DNA of 64,000 nt from positions 8,713-72,712 of the forward strand of contig CAYPEM010000015.1 in the NCBI GenBank assembly GCA_964409765.1. Reading direction: 5' to 3'. The stretch is from an uncultured Chitinophagaceae bacterium. GTDB lineage: Bacteria > Bacteroidota > Ignavibacteria > UBA10030 > UBA8401. The position numbers and the translations under genes are program-made. The notes below the pieces were generated by a model, which had not been told where the DNA came from, did no database searches, and saw only the letters and a list, made by a program, of their open reading frames with translations. Below are positions 8,705-18,040 of this stretch, piece by piece; the first letter of the stretch is position 1; every line of letters begins with the position of its first letter.

Positions 8705-9769
8705 ATGACCAAATATAAGTTAATCTCAATCAGTGTGGTGTTGCTAGGTGTTTCACTGGGCTTCATGATGAACAGTCAGGAAAAAAATGAAACCAAATCA
8801 TCAGCAAACAGCAAGATAACGACAGCGTACTCTGTTTCCGTTGTTACTGCTGCAAAACAGAGCGTTTCAGATAATTTTTCATTAATGGGAACAATTGCGG
8901 CAAATAATGATGTCGTCATTATGTCCGAAACTCAGGGACGTGTTGTGAAGGTGAATGTCCAAGTCGGTGAATATAAAACTGCCGGATCTGTCATTGTTGA
9001 AGTCGACGACGAGTTAAAAGAAGCAAATTATAAAGCAGCAAAAATGAGCTATGAAAAAGCTAAAAATGACCTTGATCGGTATGAAGCACTCTATAAAGAT
9101 AAATCAATCTCTGAATCCCAAATAGAACAAGCTCGCTGGGCATTTCAAAGTGCTGAATCACAATACATTGTGGCACGACGTCAATATCGTGATACAAAGA
9201 TCACAACACCAATTTCAGGAATAATCACCTCCCGCCCGGTTGATGTAGGATCAATGCTCCAGGGATCTCCCCAACCAAGTGTTGTTGCAAATGTTGTCGA
9301 TATTTCAAAATTGAAGGTGAAGATCAACGTTGCAGAAAAAGATGTGTTCAAATTAAAACTCGGTGATAAAGTCGAAGTAACAACAGATATTTATCCTGAT
9401 GCATCCTTTGAGGGTAATGTAATTTCTATTGCCGCAAAGGGTGATGATTCCCATACATTCCCTGTAGAAGTGCGTATTGATAACAGTAAGACACATCCGT
9501 TAAAAGCGGGTATGTTCGGCCGCGTGAATTTTACGTTGAAAAGCCGTGCGGATTATATCATCGTACCCCGCGAAGCGATCGTTGGAAGCTTAAAGAGCGC
9601 AAAGGTCTATGTTGTGAACGATAATATTGTAAATCTTCGACCTGTAAAAGTTGGAAATGATATCGGCACCAATGTTGAGATCATCTCAGGTCTCAAAGAA
9701 GGCGAAACGATTGTTGTGAACGGACAAAATAATTTAAAAGAAAATGCATCCGTTATTGTGCGTAAATAA
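8705..9769 (+). CDS. efflux RND periplasmic adaptor (MFP/HlyD family)
   Basis: 354 aa with an N-terminal anchor. Has a lipoyl-like segment (ETQGRVVKVNVQVGEYKTAGSVIVEVDD), a coiled-coil hairpin, and KITTPISGIITSRPVDVGS. Confidence 0.88.
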   Translation: MTKYKLISISVVLLGVSLGFMMNSQEKNETKSSANSKITTAYSVSVVTAAKQSVSDNFSLMGTIAANNDVVIMSETQGRVVKVNVQVGEYKTAGSVIVEVDDELKEANYKAAKMSYEKAKNDLDRYEALYKDKSISESQIEQARWAFQSAESQYIVARRQYRDTKITTPISGIITSRPVDVGSMLQGSPQPSVVANVVDISKLKVKINVAEKDVFKLKLGDKVEVTTDIYPDASFEGNVISIAAKGDDSHTFPVEVRIDNSKTHPLKAGMFGRVNFTLKSRADYIIVPREAIVGSLKSAKVYVVNDNIVNLRPVKVGNDIGTNVEIISGLKEGETIVVNGQNNLKENASVIVRK

Positions 9770-9783
9770 TTTAATACTGTAAG

Positions 9784-9802
9784 CCGAGAATTTTATTCTC
9801 GG
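9784..9802 (+). other. intercistronic stem-loop between MFP and RND genes
   Basis: CCGAGAA-TTTTA-TTCTCGG, a perfect 7-bp stem with no following T-run. It could be an mRNA processing or stability element rather than a terminator. Confidence 0.35.
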
Positions 9803-9831
9803 TGCTAAAAATAATATAAGGATTATGTAGA

Positions 9832-12800
9832 ATGACAATTACCGAATTATCTATCAAACGCCCAAGCATTATCGTAGTGATCTTCAGTGTGCTGGGCGTT
9901 TTGGGACTGTTCAGTTATTCATTATTGACCTATGAACTGCTCCCAAAATTCTCACCGCCGGTCATCACGATCAGCACGATCTATCCCGGCGCATCTCCGT
10001 ACGAAGTTGAAAATAACGTTACCAAACAGATCGAAGATGCTGTTTCCGGTATCGATAAGATCGATGCCATACGGTCGACTTCGTTTGAAGGAATGTCTCT
10101 GATCATCGTTGAGTTCAAACAATCTGCAAAAACAGATATTGTCCTTCAGGATGCATCACGGAAAGTAGGAGAAATCGTTTCAAAACTTCCAAGCGGCTCA
10201 AAACAGCCGACACTTTCAAAAATAGCAATCGATGAAGTTCCCGTACTCCGTATCGGAGTAACAAGCCAGATGGACTCTCGCGAATTTTATCAATTCATGA
10301 AAGACCGTGTGCAGCCCAGAATTTCAAAGGTTGCCGGTGTCGCACAGGTTGTGTTGAGCGGCGGTGAAGAGCGTGAAATTCAAGTGAATCTTGATGCAAG
10401 TAAACTTCGCTCGTACGGTCTTTCTTTACTCCAGGTAACGCAGGGTATTAAAAATGCAAACCTTGATTTCCCTACCGGAAAGATCAAGGATCATGATGGA
10501 CAATTTATCATTCGTGTTGCTGGTAAATTCACCTCAATAGATGATCTGCGTAATCTTGTCGTTGCGCGGTCGCGTCAAGGCGGTGATGTGCGACTTACCG
10601 ATGTAGCTGAAGTTCAAGATGGTATCAAAGAGTTCACACAGATGAACAGGGTAAACGGTACAACATCCGTTGGAATTCAATTACTGAAACAGTCTGATGC
10701 TAATGCAGTGAACGTAAGTGCGCTGGTGCGTACGGAATTGAAAAAAATTCAGGAAGAGTTCAAGGAGCAAGGAATCGTTTTTGATATTGCTCAGGATAGT
10801 TCCAACTTTACTTTGGAAGCAGCAAATGCCGTTAAATTCGATCTGTTCCTTGCCATCATCATGGTTGCAATTGTGATGCTCTTGTTCTTACACAGCTTCA
10901 GGAATTCGTTGATCATTTTAGTTGCCATTCCTTCATCGATCATTTCAACATTTGTTTTCATGTATGCAATGGGATTCACATTGAATTTAATGACATTGCT
11001 CGGTTTATCGTTGGTGATCGGTATTCTCGTCGATGATTCGATCGTTGTTCTAGAAAATATCTATCATCATTTGGAAAAAGGAGAAGAACAACGGGCTGCC
11101 GCACTCCGCGGTCGTAATGAGATCGGTTTTGCCGCTCTATCAATAACACTTGTGGATGTCGTGGTATTCTTGCCTCTTTCATTGGTTGGCGGTATTGTCG
11201 GTAATATTATGCGTGAATTTGCTCTTGTCATTGTAGGTTCTACATTGATGAGTCTGTTTGTATCGTTCACTATAACACCATTACTTGCTTCACGATTTGC
11301 TAAAGTTGAGCGATTAACTGACAGAACTCTCCTGGGAAAATTCGCATTGGGATTTGAAAAGCTCTATCATAAATTCCAGGACCATTATCTGAACATGTTG
11401 AAATGGTCTCTTGGGCATAAAAAATGGGTTGGTGCAATTGCTCTTATTTTATTCTTTGGATCATTTGCTCTTCCTGCAATGGGATTGATCGGCGTGGAAT
11501 TTTTTGCTCAAACTGACCGTGGTGAATTCAGTGTTACTGTTGAACTGCCTCCCGGTGCAAACATTGAGCAAACAAATCAAGCTTCGTTGACTGTTGAAAA
11601 AATTCTCTCTGAAATGCCGGAGATCAAAAAAGTATTTACTACAGTAGGCGTTTCTGCCGATGGATTTATCGGAACCTCAAGCAATAATGTTGTTCAATTG
11701 AATGTCGCTCTTGTTCCTAAAAATGAGAGAACAATTTCAACAACGCAGGTTGGTTTGAATATCAAAGAAAAAATCAATGAGATTCCGGGACTCAAGGTCT
11801 ACATCAGTCCCATCGGTATCTTTGGCGCTGCAGATCAAGCACCAATTTCAATTGCTGTTACCGGAACTGAAATGAGTGCTGTACAGGCAGGTGCTGATAC
11901 GGTAAAGAATCTTCTTGAAAAAATAAAAGGAACCGCAGACGTTCGTCTTTCATCTGAAGCAGGAAAACCTGAAATGCAGGTCGATATCGACCGTGCTAAG
12001 ATGGCACAATTTGGTCTATCTGTTGCAGATGTTGGTGCAACATTACGAATTGCCCTTGCCGGCGATGATGATTCCAAATTCCGTGATGGAAACAATGAAC
12101 ACAGTATTAGGATCCATTTAGACGAATTTGACCGTTCACAAACATCAGATCTTGGCAGTATCACATTTATGAATAATCGGGGACAGCAAGTTGAGTTAAA
12201 ACAGTTCGCATCGATCTATCAATCAGCCGGACCTTCAAAACTCCAACGTCAGGATCGTATCAATGTGTTATATGTAAATTCGCAGGCTGTTGAACGACCT
12301 TCGGGAACTATCGTTCAGGATTTCAGACGTGATCTCGCAAAAACAAAAATGCCCGAAGGGACTTCAATTGTCTATTTGGGACAAGAAAAGAACCAATCTG
12401 AAGGATTTGGAAGTATGGGATTGGCGATGTTGGCCGGTATTTTGTTTGTGTATCTGATCATGGTAGCGTTGTATGATTCATATGTGTATCCATTCGTAGT
12501 CTTGTTCTCAATTCCGATGGCAATCATTGGAGCATTTATTGCTCTTGCAGTATCAGGGAAAGCATTGAGCATTTTTTCAATGCTCGGTTTCATCATGCTC
12601 ATCGGACTTGTGGCAAAGAATGCTATCCTTCTTGTTGATCGAACCAACCAGACAAAACTGGATAGTGGCTTGTCGACTTACGAAGCATTGCTTGAAGCAG
12701 GCCAATCACGTCTTCGCCCGATCTTGATGACGACATTGACAATGATTATGGGTATGCTGCCAATTGCATTGTCAAGATCAGCCGGCGGTGAATGGAAAAC

Positions 12801-13026
12801 CGGTCTTGCGTGGGTTCTTGTCGGCGGGTTGACCAGTTCTATGTTCTTGACACTTCTACTTGTTCCTGTTGTTTATATGAAGGTTGATGACTGGAAAACA
12901 CGGATTCCTGCATTCTTCAAACGTCCTTCAGGAATATTCGCGCGATTCAAAAAGAATGGTGTGAATGGAAATGGTATTGGCGTAAAAATCGATGGACGAT
13001 TGGAAACCGCTGTTACAAAGAATTAA
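9832..13026 (+). CDS. efflux RND transporter permease (AcrB/HAE1-like)
   Basis: 1064 aa. Shows the 12-TM architecture with two large periplasmic loops. Motifs typical of the RND family: SIKRPSIIVVIF, GLSLVIGILVDDSIVVLENI, LIGLVAKNAILLVD, RLRPILMTTLTMIMGMLP. Confidence 0.93.
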   Translation: MTITELSIKRPSIIVVIFSVLGVLGLFSYSLLTYELLPKFSPPVITISTIYPGASPYEVENNVTKQIEDAVSGIDKIDAIRSTSFEGMSLIIVEFKQSAKTDIVLQDASRKVGEIVSKLPSGSKQPTLSKIAIDEVPVLRIGVTSQMDSREFYQFMKDRVQPRISKVAGVAQVVLSGGEEREIQVNLDASKLRSYGLSLLQVTQGIKNANLDFPTGKIKDHDGQFIIRVAGKFTSIDDLRNLVVARSRQGGDVRLTDVAEVQDGIKEFTQMNRVNGTTSVGIQLLKQSDANAVNVSALVRTELKKIQEEFKEQGIVFDIAQDSSNFTLEAANAVKFDLFLAIIMVAIVMLLFLHSFRNSLIILVAIPSSIISTFVFMYAMGFTLNLMTLLGLSLVIGILVDDSIVVLENIYHHLEKGEEQRAAALRGRNEIGFAALSITLVDVVVFLPLSLVGGIVGNIMREFALVIVGSTLMSLFVSFTITPLLASRFAKVERLTDRTLLGKFALGFEKLYHKFQDHYLNMLKWSLGHKKWVGAIALILFFGSFALPAMGLIGVEFFAQTDRGEFSVTVELPPGANIEQTNQASLTVEKILSEMPEIKKVFTTVGVSADGFIGTSSNNVVQLNVALVPKNERTISTTQVGLNIKEKINEIPGLKVYISPIGIFGAADQAPISIAVTGTEMSAVQAGADTVKNLLEKIKGTADVRLSSEAGKPEMQVDIDRAKMAQFGLSVADVGATLRIALAGDDDSKFRDGNNEHSIRIHLDEFDRSQTSDLGSITFMNNRGQQVELKQFASIYQSAGPSKLQRQDRINVLYVNSQAVERPSGTIVQDFRRDLAKTKMPEGTSIVYLGQEKNQSEGFGSMGLAMLAGILFVYLIMVALYDSYVYPFVVLFSIPMAIIGAFIALAVSGKALSIFSMLGFIMLIGLVAKNAILLVDRTNQTKLDSGLSTYEALLEAGQSRLRPILMTTLTMIMGMLPIALSRSAGGEWKTGLAWVLVGGLTSSMFLTLLLVPVVYMKVDDWKTRIPAFFKRPSGIFARFKKNGVNGNGIGVKIDGRLETAVTKN

Positions 13027-13042
13027 TAAATAATAAAAAAAC

Positions 13043-13080
13043 AAAACCCTGGAACCTTAAGAAAGGTTTTGGGGTTTTTT
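13043..13080 (+). terminator. rho-independent terminator of efflux operon
   Basis: AAAACCCTGGAACCTT-AAGA-AAGGTTTTGGGGTTTTTT: a GC-containing stem (AACCTT/AAGGTT extended by CCC/GGG) followed by a T-run. Confidence 0.7.
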
Positions 13081-13147
13081 ATGTACCGATAAATTTTAGC
13101 ATACTTATCATAATACTGATACCATCTAGAACAAATAGGGAGAAATA

Positions 13148-13465
13148 ATGCTTATTACCACAACCAATATCATCGAAGGAAAGAAGATTTCAAATTATTA
13201 TGGGCTTGTCAGCGGCGAAGCGATTCTCGGTGCAAATATCTTCAAAGATCTTTTTGCCGGAATTCGTGATATCGTTGGCGGGCGCTCTGCTGCCTATGAA
13301 GAAGAATTACGCAGAGCAAAGGATATTGCATTGGAAGAGATGCAAATGCAGGCCCGCTCGTTGGGAGCAAATGCAATTATTGGGGTTGATCTGGATTACG
13401 AGACTGTTGGAAACGGATCGATGCTTATGGTCAGTGCTTGCGGAACAGCAGTCACATTGGAATAA
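13148..13465 (+). CDS. ybjQ: YbjQ/UPF0145 family protein
   Basis: 105 aa. The family-typical sequence is [37 protein letters not shown] ... [22 protein letters not shown] lies upstream. Confidence 0.85.
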   Translation: MLITTTNIIEGKKISNYYGLVSGEAILGANIFKDLFAGIRDIVGGRSAAYEEELRRAKDIALEEMQMQARSLGANAIIGVDLDYETVGNGSMLMVSACGTAVTLE

Positions 13466-13473
13466 TGGATCAT

Positions 13474-13504
13474 AATGACCGTCATCGTGCAGATGGCGGT
13501 CATT
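13474..13504. terminator. bidirectional terminator hairpin between convergent ybjQ and rdgB
   Basis: AATGACCGTCATC-GTGCA-GATGGCGGTCATT, a 13-bp stem with one G-U, flanked by A/T-rich sequence on both sides. Confidence 0.6.
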
Positions 13505-13506
13505 TG

Positions 13507-14091
13507 TTAGATCGCTTTTAATACTTCAACTGCTTTTTCTAATGCCCGCGCACGATGACTTAATGTATTCTTTTCGTAGATCGTCATTTCTGCGTATGTT
13601 TTTGAAAAGCCAGTAGGAATAAATAACGGATCGTACCCAAATCCTTGATCTCCTCTCAGCGATTCAAGTATTGTTCCTTCAACAATACCTTCAACCGTCT
13701 TTTCAATTCCATTTCCAACTATAGCTACAACCGTACGAAACCTCGCTCCTCTTTTATCTGTCGTAACAATGGACAACTCTTCCAGTAACTTCTTATTATT
13801 ATCGGCATAGGTAACATTTTCACCGGCAAATCGAGATGAATAAACACCGGGTCTCATATCAAGAGCATACACTTCCAGTCCTGTGTCGTCAGCAAGTGAA
13901 AGTATTCCCGTCGATTGAAAAGTCTCTCTGGCTTTTTTCAGCGCATTTCCCTGCAATGTCGGTTGGTCTTCGTCCGTTTTTGGAATTGTAGTATCCCGAG
14001 CACTGTGAATTTCAAATCCGAGCGGCAGAAGGAATGATTGAATCTCTTCGATCTTGTGGAGGTTATTGGTTGCGAGGATGATTTTTTTCAA
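13507..14091 (-). CDS. rdgB: non-canonical purine NTP (dITP/XTP) pyrophosphatase RdgB/HAM1
   Basis: 194 aa with a TTG start overlapping the upstream TGA (TTGA). Motifs: ILATNNLHKIEE, DDTGLEV, PGVYSSRFAG, FGYDPLFIP. Confidence 0.9.
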   Translation of the reverse strand: MKKIILATNNLHKIEEIQSFLLPLGFEIHSARDTTIPKTDEDQPTLQGNALKKARETFQSTGILSLADDTGLEVYALDMRPGVYSSRFAGENVTYADNNKKLLEELSIVTTDKRGARFRTVVAIVGNGIEKTVEGIVEGTILESLRGDQGFGYDPLFIPTGFSKTYAEMTIYEKNTLSHRARALEKAVEVLKAI

Positions 14092-14348
14092 AACTCTTTC
14101 CTCGGGAATAAACCGTAAAAAAGATTAATAAGACTGGCTGCAGTCGTATAACTGTTCAGGAGAATTAACGGAAGGTTGTTGAGCCCGATTGCTTGCACCA
14201 TCAACAAGCCGGCGCCGAGTGCATACATCAACAAAAAAGATTTTTGCATCGCCACCCGTCCATTTTTAATCGTTTCAACAGTCTGGGGAATCCAACAGAT
14301 CGCCAAAAAAATAAATCCGCCGTATCCTAAAATATCCAATGTATTCAT
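14088..14348 (-). CDS. small three-helix PQ-loop (SemiSWEET-like) membrane protein
   Basis: The track ORF is 88 aa from a TTG. An ATG at 14348 gives MNTLDILGYGGFIFLAICWIPQTVETIKNG..., with a PQ motif in helix 1, about 3 TM segments and about 86 aa, as in bacterial SemiSWEETs. A LAB_N-like alternative is not excluded. Confidence 0.45.
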   Translation of the reverse strand: MNTLDILGYGGFIFLAICWIPQTVETIKNGRVAMQKSFLLMYALGAGLLMVQAIGLNNLPLILLNSYTTAASLINLFYGLFPRKEF

Positions 14349-14350
14349 AA

Positions 14351-14818
14351 TCAATATTGAATTTTATCTTGTTTTTGATCCCATTCATGGAATGCGGCGA
14401 GAGCTTCTTCCCGCATTAATTGTGTCGTGGGAATTTTTCGTTGAGAAAGTTTCGTGGAAAGTTCTTCATAAAGGAATTCGTCATCAAATCCGATCTTCGC
14501 AGCATCACTTCGTCCGTTGGCATAATAGATTCTATCAGGACGCGCCCAGTATATCGCTCCGAGACACATTGGACAAGGTTCGCAGGATGTATAGATCTCG
14601 CATCCGGAGAGCTGGAATGTCTTTAACTCTTTGCACGCATTCCGTATCGCTACAACTTCTGCATGGGCGGTCGGATCGTTGGTTGAAGTTACCGTATTCG
14701 TTCCGCGTGCAATAATCTTTCCATCTTTTACGATAACACAGGCAAACGGTCCTCCCTTGCCATCACGCATATTTTGAATGGATAATCGAATGGCTTCCCA
14801 CATATATTCTGCATTCAT
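14351..14818 (-). CDS. guaD: guanine deaminase (CDA-fold nucleoside/nucleobase deaminase, GuaD-like)
   Basis: 155 aa. GGPFACVIVKDGKIIARGTNTVTSTNDPTAHAEVVAIRNAC ... YTSCEPCPMCLGAIYWARP ... GFDDEFLY aligns along its whole length with B. subtilis GuaD as I recall it. The zinc motifs HAE and PCxxC are present. Confidence 0.75.
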   Translation of the reverse strand: MNAEYMWEAIRLSIQNMRDGKGGPFACVIVKDGKIIARGTNTVTSTNDPTAHAEVVAIRNACKELKTFQLSGCEIYTSCEPCPMCLGAIYWARPDRIYYANGRSDAAKIGFDDEFLYEELSTKLSQRKIPTTQLMREEALAAFHEWDQKQDKIQY

Positions 14819-16176
14819 GTTCCCACCAAATGTTTGATCGCTTCTTGAATAGTTTCAACACCAATGATCGTAATATCTTTTGTCGATTTCATTTTTTTAG
14901 CATTGGTGTTCGGTATAATAATATTTTTGAATCCTAATTTTGCTGATTCCTGAACACGTTTATCGCAATGAGCAATCGTCCGGATTTCCCCTCCCAATCC
15001 AATTTCACCGATCGCTACGGTTTGAGAATCGACTGGGATATCGCGCAACGACGATACGATTGACGCAGCAATTCCAAGATCCGCAGCAGGTTCATCAATC
15101 CTGATTCCACCGGCAACGTTCACAAATACATCGTGTGCCCCAGTATTGATACCGACACGTTTATCTAAAACTGCTAGAAGCATCTGTAATCGGCGGAGAT
15201 CGAATCCTGTTGAGGTTCGCTGGGGCATTCCATAATTGCTGGTTGAGACAAGAGCCTGTACTTCAATTAATAACGGTCTTGTCCCTTCCAGTGTCGCAAC
15301 AATAGTCGCACCGCTTGCTCCGTAGGTTCGTTCACTTAAAAATATTTCTGAAGGATTCAATACTTCGCGCAGTCCTGTATCATGCATTTCAAAAATGCCG
15401 ATCTCATTTGTTGAGCCGAAACGATTCTTTATTCCGCGCAGAATTCTATACGCATAATGTTTTTCACCTTCAAATTGCAGCACAGCATCGACCATATGTT
15501 CAATAACACGGGGACCGGCAATAGCACCTTCTTTGGTAACGTGGCCAATTAAAATAATTGGGATATTCTTTTTCTTCGCAATTCTCGTCAACATTCCTGT
15601 TGATTCACGCACTTGGCCGACACTGCCGGGAGCACTTTCAAGATTTGGATTATACAGGGTTTGAATCGAATCGACAATGACAAGATCGGGCATTGCTTGT
15701 TCGATCACATCGGTAATCAATTCAAGATTTGTTTCTGCAAGGAGTTGGATGTTATTGGAAGCTTTTCCCAAACGCTCGGCACGAAGTTTAACTTGCTTCG
15801 GTGATTCCTCACCAGTAACATATAAAATTACCTTGTCTTTTAGATGAAGTGCAACCTGCATCATCAGTGTTGATTTTCCGATTCCCGGATCACCTCCGAG
15901 AAGAATGACGCTTCCCGTCACTATTCCACCGCCAAGCACACGATCAAATTCTGCCATTCCGGTAACAAAACGAACATCAGCAATGCTATCAACATCAGTG
16001 AGTGAGATAGCATTCAGTTTTGATGCAACCCCTCCGCTTTTTCGAACTACTTTTAATGGAGTAGTGGCTTCTTCCACAAATGAATTCCATTCATTGCAGT
16101 TCGGGCATTTTCCTGTCCACCGTGCAGAAACGTAACCGCACGACTGACAGACATATTTTGACGTTTGTTTAGACAT
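14815..16176 (-). CDS. radA: DNA repair protein RadA/Sms
   Basis: 453 aa. Has an N-terminal zinc finger CQSCGYVSARWTGKCPNCNEWNS, Walker A GGDPGIGKST, KNRFG, and a Lon-like C-terminal domain. Confidence 0.95.
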   Translation of the reverse strand: MSKQTSKYVCQSCGYVSARWTGKCPNCNEWNSFVEEATTPLKVVRKSGGVASKLNAISLTDVDSIADVRFVTGMAEFDRVLGGGIVTGSVILLGGDPGIGKSTLMMQVALHLKDKVILYVTGEESPKQVKLRAERLGKASNNIQLLAETNLELITDVIEQAMPDLVIVDSIQTLYNPNLESAPGSVGQVRESTGMLTRIAKKKNIPIILIGHVTKEGAIAGPRVIEHMVDAVLQFEGEKHYAYRILRGIKNRFGSTNEIGIFEMHDTGLREVLNPSEIFLSERTYGASGATIVATLEGTRPLLIEVQALVSTSNYGMPQRTSTGFDLRRLQMLLAVLDKRVGINTGAHDVFVNVAGGIRIDEPAADLGIAASIVSSLRDIPVDSQTVAIGEIGLGGEIRTIAHCDKRVQESAKLGFKNIIIPNTNAKKMKSTKDITIIGVETIQEAIKHLVGT

Positions 16177-16258
16177 AAGGAAAGACTACACAGAGAAAGA
16201 TCGATGTTCTTAATCTAAAAATCTGCAGTATCACTTTCAATGAAAATGGTTTTCAAAA

Positions 16259-17521
16259 TTACCGCACCATCCACAAACTCAGCTCCGGTACATACGTAAT
16301 TAAGATCAATGCGATAAAGAGAACAAAGATGAACGGTAATGTTGCAATTGCTACTTCGCCAATTGTTTTTTTGAAGCGGAAACTTGCCATAAAAAGATTC
16401 AACCCTACCGGCGGTAACAGATAGGCAATCTCAAGATTTGCCAGGAAGATAATACCGAGATGAATCGGATCGATGCCGTACTGTTTTGCAACAGGAACAA
16501 TCAACGGAACCACGACGATCGCAGAGAAAATCTCCATCATCATTCCAATGATCAGGAGAAATATATTTAGGATTACAAGAAAGAATATCTTGCTAGAAAC
16601 AACCTGGCTGATATATTCAAATAATTTTTGCGGCACCTGTTGATCGATCAAATAACTGGTCAATCCCATTGCACATCCAAGGATCATCAAAATTGCACCG
16701 ACGAGCACCATACTCTCTTTCATCACTCGGGGAACATCCGAAAAGAACTTCAGATCTTTATAAATAAATACTTCAACAACAAATACGTAGAATGCTGTCA
16801 CCGCCGCAGCTTCCGTTGCGGTAAAATATCCGCCGTAAATTCCGAAGATGATAAAGAACGGCAGCGGAATTTCCCATGCAATGGCTTTGATCGCAGCCCA
16901 TGCTTTTTTTGCATCAAACGGATGCCGGGGTACGTGAGCTTTACTTCCCTGCTGGATACTGTACAACGCTACAACGATGATAAGAATTGTGCCCGGAACG
17001 ATACCAGCTTTGAACAGATCATCAACAGAAACTTCGGCAAACGTTCCATAGAGAATAATTGGAAGCGATGGCGGGAACAATAGTCCCAAACTTCCAGAGG
17101 TTGTTACAAGTCCGAGAGCGAATTTCTCCGAATACTTTTCAGAAATAAGGATTGGAAAGACAAGACCACCGAGTGCAACAATAGTAACTCCCGAACCACC
17201 TGTAAACGCGGTAAAGATTGCGCAGCTGATAAGCACAACAATTGCCAATCCGCCCGGCATCCATCCGATCAACGTTTGCGCCAAGACAACAATACGTTTC
17301 GGTGCATTACTTTCGGCAAGAAAATATCCTGCAACTGTGAACAACGGAATCGCAAGCAGAACAGGTTGACTTGCAAGACGGTATAATTCGATCGTTACAG
17401 CCGCAGCATCAATTCCTTCTTGAGAGAATCCATATAAAGAAATAGCACCGATGATGGTGAATAGCGGAGTTCCGATGAGAATAAGGACGACAAAGGCAAG
17501 AATAATAAGAACGATCGGCAT
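16259..17521 (-). CDS. TRAP transporter large permease (DctM family)
   Basis: Highly hydrophobic, about 420 aa. I prefer the ATG at 17521, which gives MPIVLIILAF... and overlaps the dctQ stop as TAATG, over the track's TTG at 17548. The sequence is DctM-like throughout (LAIPLFTVAGYFLAESN, GGSGVTIVALG). Confidence 0.88.
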   Translation of the reverse strand: MPIVLIILAFVVLILIGTPLFTIIGAISLYGFSQEGIDAAAVTIELYRLASQPVLLAIPLFTVAGYFLAESNAPKRIVVLAQTLIGWMPGGLAIVVLISCAIFTAFTGGSGVTIVALGGLVFPILISEKYSEKFALGLVTTSGSLGLLFPPSLPIILYGTFAEVSVDDLFKAGIVPGTILIIVVALYSIQQGSKAHVPRHPFDAKKAWAAIKAIAWEIPLPFFIIFGIYGGYFTATEAAAVTAFYVFVVEVFIYKDLKFFSDVPRVMKESMVLVGAILMILGCAMGLTSYLIDQQVPQKLFEYISQVVSSKIFFLVILNIFLLIIGMMMEIFSAIVVVPLIVPVAKQYGIDPIHLGIIFLANLEIAYLLPPVGLNLFMASFRFKKTIGEVAIATLPFIFVLFIALILITYVPELSLWMVR

Positions 17522-18033
17522 TAGTGCGTTACCTCCGCTGTTTCCCAATTACCCCGGAAGATCTCTACAAGCCAATTCAATGCACGAACAATAAATCGGA
17601 ATGTAAGCATTGCATAGCCGATGGGAATAATGATAATGAAATACCATGTATGCAGATCAAGGATCAAGGTGGATTCGGATTCCATTTCCAATTGCACAAA
17701 GGATATCGCAGCCTGCATCAAAAAATAGCAGATCACTCCGGCAAAAATACTGGTGATGATGAAAAATATTTTGCGGATCTTCTGCGGTACCAACTTACTG
17801 ACAAATTCTATACGAAGGTGGCGTCCTTCACCCGTTGCAATGACTGCACCAAAATAGCCGACCCACAATACAAGGTGACGAAGGAAAATATCTCCCCATT
17901 CAATACTTGAATCAAAAAAATTACGGAGGATAACCTGACCAAATGCCATGGCGATCATAATCCCCAATAACAGTACTAAAATCCATCCCGAGATTTTTTC
18001 AAGCCATTTATCAACAAGCAGTATAGGTTTCAT
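17521..18033 (-). CDS. TRAP transporter small permease (DctQ family)
   Basis: 4-TM protein. The ATG at 18033 (MKPILLVDKWLEKISGW...) avoids overlap with the dctP stop at 18041. The track's start at 18084 would overlap dctP. Confidence 0.8.
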   Translation of the reverse strand: MKPILLVDKWLEKISGWILVLLLGIMIAMAFGQVILRNFFDSSIEWGDIFLRHLVLWVGYFGAVIATGEGRHLRIEFVSKLVPQKIRKIFFIITSIFAGVICYFLMQAAISFVQLEMESESTLILDLHTWYFIIIIPIGYAMLTFRFIVRALNWLVEIFRGNWETAEVTH

Positions 18034-18040
18034 AGTATCG

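Noticed and set aside
14176-14715. 179-aa plus-strand ORF
   Set aside because: It is antisense to guaD and the PQ-loop gene. It is a shadow ORF with no recognisable motifs, while the sense-strand genes are strongly supported.
16628-17083. 151-aa plus-strand ORF
   Set aside because: It is antisense to dctM and has the His/Cys/Arg-rich composition typical of the reverse frame of a membrane protein gene.
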